Assembly (NCBI GenBank): GCA_036867785.1
Contig: CP145422.1
Location: 806,001 to 870,000 of the forward strand
DNA length: 64,000 nt
DNA from: Plasmodiophora brassicae
Lineage: Eukaryota
Direction: 5' to 3'
The notes beneath the pieces were generated by a model, which had not been told where the DNA came from, ran no database searches, and saw nothing but the letters and a program-made list of their open reading frames with translations. Below, piece by piece: positions 49,401 through 61,000 of the stretch (the first letter of the stretch is position 1; each line of letters starts with the position of its first letter). Position numbers and translations under genes: made by a program.

Positions 49401-49516
49401 GCCACGACGCCGCCAAGTTTGCCTCGAGCATCACCGGCCGCAGTATCTACATTCGTGACACCAGCCGTCATCATCATTTCCACAACGGTAAATGCTCGTG
49501 CGGTGACCATTGGTAA
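46490..49516 (+). CDS. Pentatricopeptide-repeat protein with a C-terminal DYW cytidine-deaminase domain (1008 aa, intronless)
   Basis: Many PPR units (e.g. AYTAMIAAYGHHGLVPEALAMLDQL). An E-like region and PG box (SPGRTKV) precede GYSPDT, HSEKLAIAYAL, LLVCTDCH and RSIYIRDTSRHHHFHNGKCSCGDHW*. Confidence 0.95.
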   Translation: MLPGAVHHVIRRQRVPPRLLGGVAALAPSVAPSVAPGDERASLSSAVRIIRRGEDADRVWAAFHGVLDAKPDRRFVQAMLAYCAERMPAKARDVLDEAIHRGVCIADDALFCTFLKACSRTKPIAFRDALEFYKKYGPRSHNVIFGVGNVCRLAGHPQLALELIQDGIDQNVEFSEALVSLFAVICAESHCQLAADMAELLLERVRAHRIASHRNPQLYANFAKALLSQNRFDAAVRILSLLDCIGMQPSEQLGTLLLSSLAKADRADLALDVFDVMARRAIRVPAPAFGLLVSACARQSDLASVQMLLRYAQERSADLLNDTVLCRFVSAFGSRSDVHRVRLMEFYANLKGLMSKSFVLTSFVSAYGQCSLSTSVAALERVARDNDLLQQDVVVAAFIEAYGGCCDIEAAQRIFQERCSTKPTPDMATFAAAITLYARHGMPLDALTLFDRLESGNRKPPSEVYPAVLSACVTLNDPARATRVFQLIVDGDHIQIPRDVLQSFVSLCGRCSDLRALSAAHRYVAGCSSLKDDDDLTNAFVLAFDQCGRLDIAKDILLTSSSFRTLTLPTMVRIFARHQHVDEMVSSFESMVASGADASDDLRALVCRGLANADRIPMALELVRGMAHVGNAVVVDLVSACGRCVHLSDLSLLYRYANEKDWILNNAVGGAFIQAYSLCGRVDIAEQVFRDLVTYSLDAYTAMIAAYGHHGLVPEALAMLDQLVYAGLEPSAEILAGLLAACEHAGDLFRANDIVFEFNNSWGIPVGVTHTNHLLSLHGRLSGPLEAMTMATSLPGATADMWMAVLTAARTHNDIDHAESAFNRLVSMPDAATCHLCRAFEVMSDVYARNGRPDDVSRLRDGMKSRGIPDSPGRTKVSLPDGTVEFLADDARYYTDPGLRHDMTRLINDLTDNGYSPDTSVIRRATVSQEEARQAVCLHSEKLAIAYALKHSSRSGVPVCAASDLLVCTDCHDAAKFASSITGRSIYIRDTSRHHHFHNGKCSCGDHW

Positions 49517-50025
49517 CGACGCGGGCGGAAGTACCAACGTTAGAGATGATTAAAGTTAACGTAACGTCACATATTTGGGAATCAGAAGCCAGGTCGGTTT
49601 CGGATTGGACGAGCCCCTGGACTCGTAACCTGTCAACCATCACCGGATTATCAATCATTCCTGGACGGAGGGACTTGTAGGGTTCAGCGGTTGAAACAAC
49701 TCGCGTTCGTCCTGTACGTACTGGAGCCCTTACGTTCACCTGGCCACGACTGCAGCAACGGCACGAGCTCACCGAACCACCTGACGTGTTCGACATGGGC
49801 TGACGGGAGGCGACTGCTGGCCCCGGGATGGCCGAAAATAGGTAATCAATCCGCCCGGAAGAAATCAAACGGCGAGCGAAGCGACCAGGCCCAGCCAGAG
49901 GTCTCGAACGGTTGCTATGAATAGAAAGTCCGTCAGTGGCTGCACGGAACGTCGCAGAACGTCGCAGCCGCCGCTATTTCTAGCGTCGCCGCGGCCCAAC
50001 GCAGTCATTTCGCGATTGCGCGGCG

Positions 50026-52176
50026 ATGTCGAGACTGACGACGTCGTATTTGCTGGCGGTGCTGGCGTGTTCGTTCGTGTGCTCATGCTGTGATCTGGAG
50101 GATGCGTTGACGGGGGCGCTGATCCGGGCAGCCTTTGATGGCGACATGAAGGAGATGACCCGCATTCTCAATAATGGGGCACGTGCAGACGGCAAGAATA
50201 ACGAGGCTCTGATCATTGCTTGCACGCGAGGGAACGTTGATGCGGTCAAGTTGCTTCATCAGCGTGGCGCTGACATACAAGCTCGCGGATTTGAGTGTCT
50301 GGTCCGAGCGGCAAGCACACCATCCCTCGACCTTGTCAAGTACCTCGTCGATGATTTACGGGCGCCTGTCAGAACCCAGAAGGACGGGCCGCTCGTTGCC
50401 GCCGTTGCCAACGATCGCCGTCAAATCGTCGAGTACCTTCTTAAGAATGGTGGAGACCCGAACGCACGTGATGGGTTACCCTTGGCGACCGCGTGCGCGC
50501 TCCATTTGAACTCTGTAGCGAAGGCGCTGGTGCAGCGTGGTGGTGTCCCGACCGAATCGGTCGTGATTCTGGGTGTCAAGGAAAACGACGCAGACTTGGT
50601 TGGACAGGCGCTTCAGGGCGGCGTGTCTGGGGCCGCCCTACGTGGAACAGGCATAGTTGCCGCGGTCCAGATGGGGTTTCATACCATCGGGGATATGCTC
50701 ATCGACAATGTAGTAACGACCGACGCCTGGGGAGACCCGGAATTCCTGGACAACATCCGAAACCTGCACAGCGTGGACATCCTGACCCGATTCCTGAAAC
50801 ACGACAAAGTTTCCCGGGAGAGTGTAATCCGGTCCCTGGAATGGGCTGTGTCCAAGGAAGACCCCGAGTTGGTTCGTGCGATCTTGGCGAATGTCAACGA
50901 CAAGATTCGGTACGATGTCGCACGCCAGGTCGTATTCTCCAAAAACGACAACGTGTTGCGCGGGGTCACCGTCAATGGCGTGCGCGAGGTTCTATACCAG
51001 TACCTCATGATGTCGATTGCCACTAGAGCCTTCGCAAGCGACAATATGACTGACGTCATCGCCGCAGCGGCCGTATTCGGATCACGGCAAACGTCACCTG
51101 AGCAGGTGCTGACAACGGTGAAGAACGCTATCGGTCCTACGTTGAGCAATCGCGACAATATCCGTGAGATGCTGACCAAGCTGAGGGATCGCAAAGTAGC
51201 TGAGGCGGCGGCCGGACACCCAGCTCCCAGCCCTGCTCAACCACCGTCACATGCCGTGAACATGCAGGCGCCCAGTCCTATTGTATCGCCGACACCTGTT
51301 CCGAATGATCTCACGCCGACAGTGACCCCAGAATCCAGTGGTGGACCACCGTCACCAATGTCCTGGGAGCCCTCCTCACCTGCGGATGTGAACCGACCCC
51401 AACGCGCTGGACCATTGCCATCTGCGGCGATGATCCGGGAGATGGTAGCGTCGACGTCGGGCAGTGGACCTGACTGGCAAGCCCCGACAAGCCGTGATCG
51501 CGCGCCGACCCCAGAACCGCTGGGCGCCGACCATCCGCACAGACGGGCCTGGCGGTTCCATCCATATGATCAGTCCGGCGCGGGTCGACCAGGCAGATCC
51601 CGTCCTGGTGGGTACAGCTCCTTCTACAAGACCAGGCCCTGCCGTTATGGGTTTGGAAAGCCCGAATTGTGTCCGTTTAATGACAAATGCATTTTCGCTC
51701 ACAGCGAACGCGAACTGAGGCAGCTGTCAGCCTGGCCATCCCGTTCTGAAGATCATCGAGGCGGAGAGCAAGGAGGAGATCATGGATCTTGGAGTTCATC
51801 CTCGCAGGACCGCAGTCGTGGCAGATGGCGCGAGAGGTCACCCAGCAGGACGACGTCGTATGATCAGTCGAGCGAGTCGCGGACGTCGTCGTATGATCGG
51901 CCGAGCGAGTCGCGGGCGTCTTCTTATGATTGGTCGAGCGAGTCGCGGACGTCATCGTATGACCGGTCGAGCGAATCGCGGACGTCTTCGTATGATTGGT
52001 CGAGCGAGCCGCGGATGTCGTCGCCTGGCCGCCGAGATGAACGCGAGTACGTATCGCACCGATACAGTCGACATGGAGACAGCAGTGACGAATCTGGTTA
52101 CGCTGGCGGCCATCGCCATACCTGGCGCGATAGTCCATCTCGGTACTCAACACCGCGCGGACACAACCGTCGGTGA
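50026..52176 (+). CDS. Secreted ankyrin-repeat protein with a CCCH zinc finger and Ser/Arg-rich tail (716 aa)
   Basis: Signal-like MSRLTTSYLLAVLACSFVCSCC, then ankyrin repeats (ALIIACTRGNVDAVKLLHQRGADI) and a Pro-rich linker. The zinc finger is YKTRPCRYGFGKPELCPFNDKCIFAHSERELR. Confidence 0.88.
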   Translation: MSRLTTSYLLAVLACSFVCSCCDLEDALTGALIRAAFDGDMKEMTRILNNGARADGKNNEALIIACTRGNVDAVKLLHQRGADIQARGFECLVRAASTPSLDLVKYLVDDLRAPVRTQKDGPLVAAVANDRRQIVEYLLKNGGDPNARDGLPLATACALHLNSVAKALVQRGGVPTESVVILGVKENDADLVGQALQGGVSGAALRGTGIVAAVQMGFHTIGDMLIDNVVTTDAWGDPEFLDNIRNLHSVDILTRFLKHDKVSRESVIRSLEWAVSKEDPELVRAILANVNDKIRYDVARQVVFSKNDNVLRGVTVNGVREVLYQYLMMSIATRAFASDNMTDVIAAAAVFGSRQTSPEQVLTTVKNAIGPTLSNRDNIREMLTKLRDRKVAEAAAGHPAPSPAQPPSHAVNMQAPSPIVSPTPVPNDLTPTVTPESSGGPPSPMSWEPSSPADVNRPQRAGPLPSAAMIREMVASTSGSGPDWQAPTSRDRAPTPEPLGADHPHRRAWRFHPYDQSGAGRPGRSRPGGYSSFYKTRPCRYGFGKPELCPFNDKCIFAHSERELRQLSAWPSRSEDHRGGEQGGDHGSWSSSSQDRSRGRWRERSPSRTTSYDQSSESRTSSYDRPSESRASSYDWSSESRTSSYDRSSESRTSSYDWSSEPRMSSPGRRDEREYVSHRYSRHGDSSDESGYAGGHRHTWRDSPSRYSTPRGHNRR
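51849..52013 (+). repeat. Coding 33-bp tandem repeat x5 (RTSSYD[RWQ]SSES)
   Basis: Five consecutive units of gacgtcNtcgtatgaYYggtcgagcgagtcgcg. Confidence 0.95.
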
Positions 52177-52798
52177 ACCACGTGATCCCTTGTGTCCTCA
52201 GGGGCCTCAGGCGTATCTCAATGGACGACAATACAAATTTCGTACGGGATTGATATGAACCAGCTGGGCAGGTTGTACAAGCGACGCCAACGATAAGGTC
52301 ATCCCGGATCTGGATGCCGGCGGTGCGCAGGGCCACCGACGACGTCTGGTACACGTCAGGAACAGGTGCTTCCACAGATAATGCGCCGTCTTGCAGGAGC
52401 GCGAACGACACCGATTCCCATAACCCAGAAGGAATAGGGAGCGAGCATACCATCGCGTTCTCGGAATGGATGTGCTTGCGGATGGATCAACTGCTGCTGG
52501 CAGAACTCGTCGGCCTGATGAACTTCGTGAAGGCACACAGAGGGTTGATCGGAAGGATGTCGTATGACCCATGTACTCCGAATGCTTCTTCTCGAGCACG
52601 TGTGCAGCCGTTGCGATGGACAGAACTTTCGCGTTCGAACAACTCAATCCAATGCGACATCGTCGATGGGCACTACCCTAAACGCATTGTTCATGCCGCG
52701 CTTCGGGAAGTACGTTTCGTCGTCGAAGCTATGTCCTGATGCTGCACTGTGATGTGTTTGTACACACCATCCACAAGGGTGTCCACCAACGCGACGCG

Positions 52799-52871
52799 TT
52801 CGGTATCGCATAGGTGGTCAGTGTACCCGGCTCTCACCCGGGAGACCTGGGTTCAAGTCCCAGTACCGAAG
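52799..52871 (+). tRNA. tRNA-Glu (CTC)
   Basis: Acceptor stem TTCGGTA/TACCGAA, anticodon arm cccgg-ctCTCac-ccggg and T arm ctggg-ttcaagt-cccag. A T-run (Pol III terminator-like) follows within ~10 nt. Confidence 0.9.
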
Positions 52872-53268
52872 CAGCATCTTTTTGCGCCGACTGAAACTGC
52901 GTCTTGTTTCGAGCCCGACGACCTGTGCTGCCTCGTACAACACCCATCGTCGTTGTCGGTGACGTGCACGTTCAGGTGCGCCGTCGCTAAACGTCGACGA
53001 CAGTGGTTTTCTACCATCTTCGGTGGCCACCACGGCTGTCGACGAGTACCCTCATCTTCGGGTTTCCGTATCGACTTACACGGGCATGAACCGCGCCCGC
53101 AGGATCGTATCGCCTGAACGCCATTGGGCGACAACACAGGTCAACACTGCGGTGTTAGCAGCTATATATTACGAATAGAGACCGCGACAGTTCAGTGTGG
53201 CGAACCGATAGCCTGGTCCTCTTGCTTCGACACACTTGGTTCTGGAAATAATACATCAAAACCATGGA

Positions 53269-54564
53269 TCATGCCTTTCTCGGCCTCTTTCTGCTGCGCC
53301 AGGTCAGCAGCTTGGCATTGAACAGGTTGTTCCCCCACGACGGCGATATCGGGGCCAGCTGCGAAGCGATACGCTTCGGGGTAACTTTCTGACGATTCAG
53401 CACGTGATCCCCGTGGCTCTTGTCGAACCGGACCATATCGAGGACCGTCAGCGTGCTGATAATGTCCTCCCGCCGGAAAGCCGTTCTTTTCGAAATCTCG
53501 TCAATCGACAGTGACGGGTTGGCTTCCAGTTCTTTCAAGATATTCCACGTCCTGTTCAGGGCTTAGTGCCATGGATGCAGTCGGAAGCGACCCATACCAG
53601 TAGCTGTTATACGTCAGCTTGCCGAGGTCGGATATTGGCCCTTCGGGGCCGCCAACGAGCCCTTCCCGCTTCGAAAGCTCGTATGATAGAGCAACCAGGA
53701 ATTTGCCATACCCTTTGCGCTGGTGCTGCGGTAGGATCATAATGCATGCCAAGTTGTGTTCCTGCAACGTCCGCTTCTCCTTGCTGAAATACCCGGCGAG
53801 ATGCGTGCCATCTGCGTCAACTTCAACAAGGACGTAGAAGAGAAATGGTGACACGTCGAAGAACACCGTCTTGTGGTCCAGAAACAGCTTCGACAGCAGG
53901 CACAAATTCTGGCAGTACAGCTTCTGATGCCAGCCATCGACCTCGTAGACGGCGAGCCCAGCCGTACCGTCTCTGTAGATCTCGGTGCCAGGCGGATGCC
54001 GCAAGCGACACTGTCGAGCCAACCGGTTAGGGCATGTCGAACGAGGGGCCACCGCCATCGTACCGTATGCGACAGTAGGCTTGACGCCAACTTCATGTAC
54101 TTCAGGCAATATTCGCAGATGTACAGGTGGCTGGCGGTGCCATATTCCTCAGGGAACGGGGAATAATACCACTACGAACGAAGTCAGCGCTCCAACAGGT
54201 CCTCGGAGTAGGTAGACGGTACCGTTTGGACGTCGTACTGGCCGAACTGGATGGATTGCACATTGCGAATCCGCGTCCGCTGCTGATGCTGTTGCTCGAG
54301 CGCGTCGCCGTCGACGACATCGGCAGCACTCGTTGCGCGCTGCCGCGACGGCACACCTTCCGCACCGTTGTGCTTCGCGGCGGGGCGCACCTCGCCCGCG
54401 TCCACCCACTGGTCCAACCGCTTGTCCGTCCCGTCAAAGTGCACGTACAGCTGCCGTCGCCCACCCGGCACGCGGCGCTCCCCGACGATCCGCGCCCGGC
54501 GGAAATCCTCCGTCGCCCGCCATCGCGCCGCGCACACGCCGCCAACCTTCAGCAGCGGCGGCAT
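53269..54564 (-). CDS. MYST-family histone acetyltransferase (Esa1/Tip60/MOF-like) with a Tudor-knot domain, multi-exon
   Basis: [70 protein letters not shown] and [11 protein letters not shown]. Confidence 0.93.
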
Positions 54565-54728
54565 CACCGATCGACGACTGCGCTGCAACGCGCCGCGGCA
54601 TTCTTCGCCTCGTAATATTTACGCCCCGGAACTACTTAAATTCGCCCTGCGACGACGCCGTTTCCGCTGGAACATTCCGGAGCTGCAGGGAGCGACGTCG
54701 CGAGGGCGACCTGGTGTCATTTGTGTTT

Positions 54729-56359
54729 TTATGATGTTGGGTCGGCGTCGGCGTCGTTCCAGACCTGGCGGACGCGGACGAGCATGCCGTTGCCGGCGAC
54801 GACGTCGACGAAGCCGGTGTCGGCCAGGATCTCCCAGGTTACGCGGTTGACGCTGTCGGCGACGTCAGCCGGCAGGTTCACCGCGTCGTCGGCCCGCTGC
54901 CGGCGGCCGGTGGCCGACTCCTCGAACGTGGCGCGCACGAGGTTGGCCTTCGGCGCGGTCGTACCGCTGTCGGCGAACGTGATGTCCAGGACGGACATGG
55001 ACGTGGCGGTCCTGGCCTGCTGCATGACCTGTGCGAATCGTTCGCTAGCGGCGCCCGCACTGGCAATGATGTCGTCGGTCTCAGTGAACTCGCCCATCGC
55101 GTACTCCATGTCGTCGGCCAGGAACGCTTCGAGTCGTGTCAGCGCCCTGGACTGCGTCTTGTTCCGACCCTGGTCGCCTCCGGTCTGCAACGACGAGACA
55201 CCCACCTCCATCTTTGCAAAGTTCTCGAACGTCTCCAGGTCAGCATTGCTGTTTCGTTTCGGTGCAACCGTTGTCGTCAGCGTGCGTGTCCCGTTCGCGT
55301 TGATGCGCATCGTTCGCCCGTTACTGCCCATCTCTGCGCGTGGAACATTCGACAGCGCCCTGTACCTGAAGTCGACGTGGTCAATGGCCCACCGGATCAG
55401 CTGGGCGTCGTTCGCCAGATCGGCGGGCTTCGGGTGCCGCGTGGATATCGCCTTGCGGATGGCGCTCTGGGAAGCGGGTTCTGCTACACGCGTGAACAGA
55501 ATCTCCAGGAACGCGGTGTACGCCCCCGCGTCATCGCCGATCTCCCAGAGGTCCGCGAGCTCGAACATGCTGTGCCTCCACGCGTCCTGAAGCATGCCAT
55601 GGTTCGAGCTACAATCCCTCATCCAGTCCCGAGCTGCTATCCCTCTGACGGCCGTATTCAGAATCAGGCACAGGATGGGGCGTGCGGGTCGTCACCTACT
55701 GGGCCTCCACCTCCGAGACGTCCGTCCGGAGCGTCCTGCTGACGAGGAGATGGAAATCGACATACTGCAGGCACGACGACGTTTGAGCAGGCCTGCATGC
55801 CAATTACGGCCCGTCGTGTGCCTCCCACCTGTTCGCGGTTGACACCGTACTGCACATCTTTGTACTTGAACGTGTCCCAGAACCTGTCCAGGGCGCGCTT
55901 GACGCCTCGGTCGTTGATCATCTTGTACCGTTTGTCTTTCTCGCCGGGCTTGACGGTCAGCTTGTCACCCTGCCTGAAGAACGGGATCGCGCTCAGGCGG
56001 CCGCCGTCGGATCCGCCGGCAGCGGTCCCAGGCGGGCACAGGTCCGGGTCCAACTCGAACGAGAACCGTAGCGTCATGGCAGGGTCCCGGAACAGGTTCC
56101 ATACTCTTTCGGCAAGGACCTGGTCCGCTTGAGAGAGCGCGGCTGGCCCACCAGATGCAGCAGGAGCAAGGGCGTTTGAGGAAGGAGCAGTCGGCGTCAC
56201 ATTGGGCATCGGAGCAGCACTCGTCTTTGGAGCGTCAAGCTCGCGGCCAGCCCCATCGACAGATGCCTTGTGCCCAACAATGAGATCAGTCAGCGCATCC
56301 CCAGCGGGGGCGGCGAGCCCGAGTGAGCGCAATGACTGCGTTCGAGGCACATGCATCAC
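54729..56359 (-). CDS. Hypothetical protein, probably 2-3 exons
   Basis: Two long consecutive same-strand ORFs (231 and 297 aa) with coding-like codon usage. No family was recognised. Confidence 0.55.
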
Positions 56360-56601
56360 CTCGATCGACTATCGGTACCTTAACGATTGTCACCCAACAT
56401 GACAACTCCTCTCACGCGGCGACGTCGCATGCCCTACAACAAACTTTTGAGTTCCCTTGCAACACGAAGCCCTGATATGTGATCGCTCTGGTTGCGTTTG
56501 AAACACATAATCTCACATATACGCGCCCTCGTCGTTGCCGCGGCAGGGTGGCCTGCATCAACGATATCCGGTAGATCGTCGTCAACGTTTGTATGTACTG
56601 A

Positions 56602-57885
56602 TTACCAATCGCAGGGGTTCAGCAAGCTGTCAACCATAACCGACATCGTTCCATCTGCGGCAAACGTGGCTCTGAAGTATCCTTTGGCGCCACAAACACC
56701 ATCCTTCTTGATCAAGTCGGCGATGACCGGAAACGCTGGATCATCGGCAAGGATGCACTTCTGGAACGAGCGCGCTTTGTCGTACACGAGCATGGGCGCC
56801 TGTTCGCCCCCGTACTGGATCTTGACAGTGCGCTCCGGTTTCGTGGACGCGTTTGCCGGTGGCCCCGAATCCCTCAACGATATCAGCTGTGGCTGCAGGC
56901 CGGCCGTGTTCACCCCGGAAGCCCTCGCCATGTTCGACATGACCGTCGCGAAGTCCACCAGACGTGGCGTGACGGTCGTCGCCGACCGGCACTCCTTCTT
57001 GTGCTTCTTCCAGTCGGCTTTCTGGCAATCGCGCGAGCAGTACTTGACGCTCATACACCTCTGGCACATGCGCAATGGCTTGTCCTTGCTGGCGCCGCAT
57101 GTCGCACAGGCCGACGTATCCATGGCGCGGAGCATAATCTGATGGATCGCTGGGCGATGTCTAGCGCTGCCCAGCGGCGTCGCCCCTTCGTAGTCGGGGA
57201 TGTTGGGGTCGGCACCCGCCTCGATCAGGAACCGCACAGAGTCTTGGTCGCCGCTCATAGCAGGGGCTTGCAGCGCCGTGCACCCGAACCGGTTTCGAGT
57301 GTTGACGTTCATTCCCTTTTCGACCAAGTACTTGCCGATGGCCAGCGTTCCCGGGTTCGCCCAGAGGCCGGTCGCCATGTGCAGAGCGGTGTTGCCAGCG
57401 CAATCGCGGGCGTAGATGTTGGCACCGCGTTCAACCAGGATTCTGACGACGTCCAGCGTCTCAACTCGCGCGCCCGTCCCGACCTTTCTGGCCATGCGAG
57501 CGCCCTGGACGGCGCAGCAGAGCGGCGACAGATTCAGCTGACTGACGCGAACCTCCAGCTGGGACCAGTCGCAGTCGTCGCTCTTGAAGTAGTGGACCGC
57601 GCCGGTGAACGCGGCCTTGTGGAACGGCGGCAGGCGCGGCGGCTGGAAATCCATGCCTCCCGACCATTCGTTACGAAGCGACTGGGCAGCACGGCCTTTC
57701 AGCGGCGTCTGATCGCCGTCCTCGGGCACAACGACCTCCGGCGTCACCAGCGACGGGTCGACCGCGGAATCGGCGGGATCCTCGGGATACAGTCCCGTCA
57801 GATTCTCGAACTGCAAGGCGGCGTTCAACTGGTCCGCTATACGATCCTGCAGCGTCGACGACACGCGATTGCGACCACGACCCAT
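56602..57885 (-). CDS. Ankyrin-repeat + MYND zinc-finger protein
   Basis: Ankyrin repeats GNTALHMA and RNRFGCTAL, plus MYND finger CATC..CQRCMSVKYCSRDCQKADWKKHKKEC. Confidence 0.9.
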   Translation of the reverse strand: MGRGRNRVSSTLQDRIADQLNAALQFENLTGLYPEDPADSAVDPSLVTPEVVVPEDGDQTPLKGRAAQSLRNEWSGGMDFQPPRLPPFHKAAFTGAVHYFKSDDCDWSQLEVRVSQLNLSPLCCAVQGARMARKVGTGARVETLDVVRILVERGANIYARDCAGNTALHMATGLWANPGTLAIGKYLVEKGMNVNTRNRFGCTALQAPAMSGDQDSVRFLIEAGADPNIPDYEGATPLGSARHRPAIHQIMLRAMDTSACATCGASKDKPLRMCQRCMSVKYCSRDCQKADWKKHKKECRSATTVTPRLVDFATVMSNMARASGVNTAGLQPQLISLRDSGPPANASTKPERTVKIQYGGEQAPMLVYDKARSFQKCILADDPAFPVIADLIKKDGVCGAKGYFRATFAADGTMSVMVDSLLNPCDW

Positions 57886-58049
57886 GTTGCGCCAGCGCCT
57901 CTCGCTGTACAGCGAAGTGCGCGACGGATCTGTGACGTTGGCAGTTCCGCTCGGCGCCAGTATACTGTGCTGTAGCAATCATGAAGTTGCTTGCGTTACA
58001 GGACGCCATTGCATGACTCGATGCGTGACTCGAAAACACAGTTAACGGA

Positions 58050-61000
58050 CTAGTTGTAGATCTTTATGGGACGGTCAAGCGGGTTGGCCCTCGATTGTCG
58101 CTTGGGGCCATCGCCGCCTTGGTCGATCAAGAGGAAGCGACCGACCGGATAGTGGATATCGTCGGAGTCCTGCACAGCCGTCGGTACGAAACATCCGAAG
58201 CACAATGCGGCGACGTACCGGCAGTGCTGGCGGGTTCTGCTCGTCGCCGCCCCAGATGACGTCTTCGCGTTTCAGCAACTGAGCGGTGCCGTTCCTTAAA
58301 CAAGCAAACGCCCAGTCCTGTCTATGTTTGCAGGGTGTGGGCCGCGTGTCCTCGATGCGGTCACAAAGCATGTCGAAGCATTGGCCGAGGGTTGCATTCT
58401 GTTTCCATTAAATAAGAACGCGATCGATACAAGCTCCGCTCGAAGCGTACCTTTGGAATCACAACGCCGACAGGCTCGCCGTAGTACTTGGGCACGTAGC
58501 CACCGGTGATAACGAAACTGATCCAAACGACAGCGGAGTCGTCCGTGTCCATGGGCGTGATTTCCGCCCGTACATGGAGATTGGAACCATTCGCAAACCC
58601 GTGCGACACCTCAATAATTGGTTCCAGCAGCGTGGGCGGCCGAATTTCCGACAATGCTCTGGACCCACCAACCGCTAAAAGTCGAATGCATTCAACGGAA
58701 CCGCCTGTTGCAGACATGACGTCTGGCCGCGATTTGAGAGCGTCGAACAGAACGGCGCCGGTCGCATGCTTCTTGGGAACTAGGACCGGGAAGACGACAC
58801 TGTCCGAATTGTGTCTCCATACGACAGTGATAACGTCACGGTCGCAAAGGTCGTGAACGGAAAAGTCGAGAACCTCGTAAAACACCGGGTTCGTATCGTC
58901 GTTACAATGCCTGACCGACCATGTCAATAACGGCGTCGCAGAAGAACGCGACACACCACTGACCTCAACAGAGAATCCAAAATGCTTTCGTGGTCCAGGA
59001 CCGTGTAGCACTCTGTGCGGTTCTCCCGCCGCTCGCTGTACGATCGTGGGTATATACGAATGCGATCGGGGCTTGCGACATGGACGTAGTGAGCAATCGC
59101 AGATATAACTCGTGGTATTGACCAGTCGTTGCGCATGTTCAAGCGGAATTCGGGAAACATCGGTGCGTCCTCTGAAGAGAAGCGCGACGTAACGGGCACA
59201 CACGACACCGTGCATGAATAGTGCAACGCCAAAAGGTACTCCGGAACAGTTGACAGCAACTCGTCGACGGTCTGCGTTTCGTTCATTGCGTCAACGCGCT
59301 GCCTCTGCTGGAAGCAAATGATGTCCCCGTGAATGAGTTTGCATGCAGCGACTGTCATATCCTCTTGAAGAAGATTGATCCTCCTTGCCTTAACATCCTC
59401 TTCTTCGTATAAATCAAGGTCGACATCAGGAGGCAGGGAAACGAGATCCGCGCACAACGAAGCAAGCGACCGTATGGTTGTCGACGGCGGCACAGTTCGG
59501 CATCCTACAAAGGATAGCGTCTGCGCCGACACGTCGAAGTACTTGAAAAATAGAAGCGTGTCTGGTGACACAGGCGTCATCAAAGAAAAACGGGACGACT
59601 CACCAATAGTGCATACCAAAGGCTGAGCTGTCTCTGGGGAGAGTGACATCGAGCATGTCGTTCGTGGACAACCTGACCGAATGCCTTTGATCATGTACAA
59701 AGATGTCCGCTTTACAAGGCCCTTGATGATGAATGAGGCTTAGGGATTCAAACATTTCCGAGATACTCTGGAAGAACGGCGCTTAGCAGATCGACACAGA
59801 TGGACCAAGGAGACCGGACACCTTATGTCTCATCGACTGCCAGTCGAACGGCTTGTTCGCACGCACAGTCTTGTTTTCCCGCTTCGAATAGACGAACCAC
59901 CTCTGCTCGGCAGCGGGAACACCAACTGCCTTTTCCACTTCCTAACAGGGCTGTGAGCGTAGTGGACACCAGCAAACAATCCCTTGCCCATACCTCGACA
60001 AGCGTCTCGCAGGTCACATCGTTGAATATTTTTACAGGTACTGCTTGAAAGCTTGACAATTCTATACCATTGCATTCCTGAAGTTGTTGCGCGGAGAAGA
60101 ACGTTATCGTCAGCTTTCTCGACTCTTCTAAGGCAGCTGCTTCTTCTTCCCTCTTGACCTGTTCGTCTCTTTCAATTCGTTCGCGTATGCAGGCAGGTAT
60201 ATCCGATTCCTAGGAGCACGGCTAACTTTGAGGCCGCAACGACGTTGCCCAGAACCTTACGCTAACCTTCATTTCTGCCATGAGATTCGGGATGTCACGT
60301 TTGCGAATATACACCAACATATAAGCATTCGCCCTAAGAAACAGGTTGTCAGATCGAGTCTCTGGAGGGAGAACTTCGTTACGAACGTTTTCAGACGAAC
60401 GTCTCTGCCCCGACGGCCGTGCGTCCTGATGTCAATCTATTGAAACAACTGAGACTCTGCCTGGGACTGTTGACCCGTCAGTATCTTACGGGACTGTCGC
60501 CCCCATAATGGTCAACGGTCGCTGCCTCGGTCGGCACAGCACTGACAAAGTCATCATCGAATTTGATCCATTTGCTGTCGGGTGCGCCAGCATTAGGACA
60601 AACGTAAGCGTAGTAATGGCCGCCAAAGACAGAACCGGAATGTACAAGAACGCTGAGCAGTGAATCAGTTCAGGTATTTGGTTTCTGCGGGATGCGTACC
60701 TGTACAAAACGAAATGCTCCTCTTGTGCAGGGTCGTGCATAAACTCTGTCAGGTCCAAGTCGATGGGAAATTCGAATCGGTCGTTGAGCTTCACCATCGT
60801 GTTGTGAATGGGGTCGTACTCAAACCGCTTCAGATGAATGAACAGCACGGGAGGCAACGATAAGAATCGTACGCCTTTCTTTGCATCTTGGAGACCGTAT
60901 CCTTCAGCTCTGTACTGGTTTGCGCCTATTCAACTTGTTGGTAAACAACGACGATACGCTAGGGGTGCCAAACGATACCTTCCAGGGTCTCCGTTTCAAT

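Noticed and set aside
51849-52013. 33-bp repeats as a possible CRISPR array
   Set aside because: There are no unique spacers. The repeats are in-frame coding units in a eukaryotic gene, with no cas genes nearby.
52200-52750. ORFs between the ankyrin-CCCH gene and tRNA-Glu
   Set aside because: Overlapping short frames with no supportable product.
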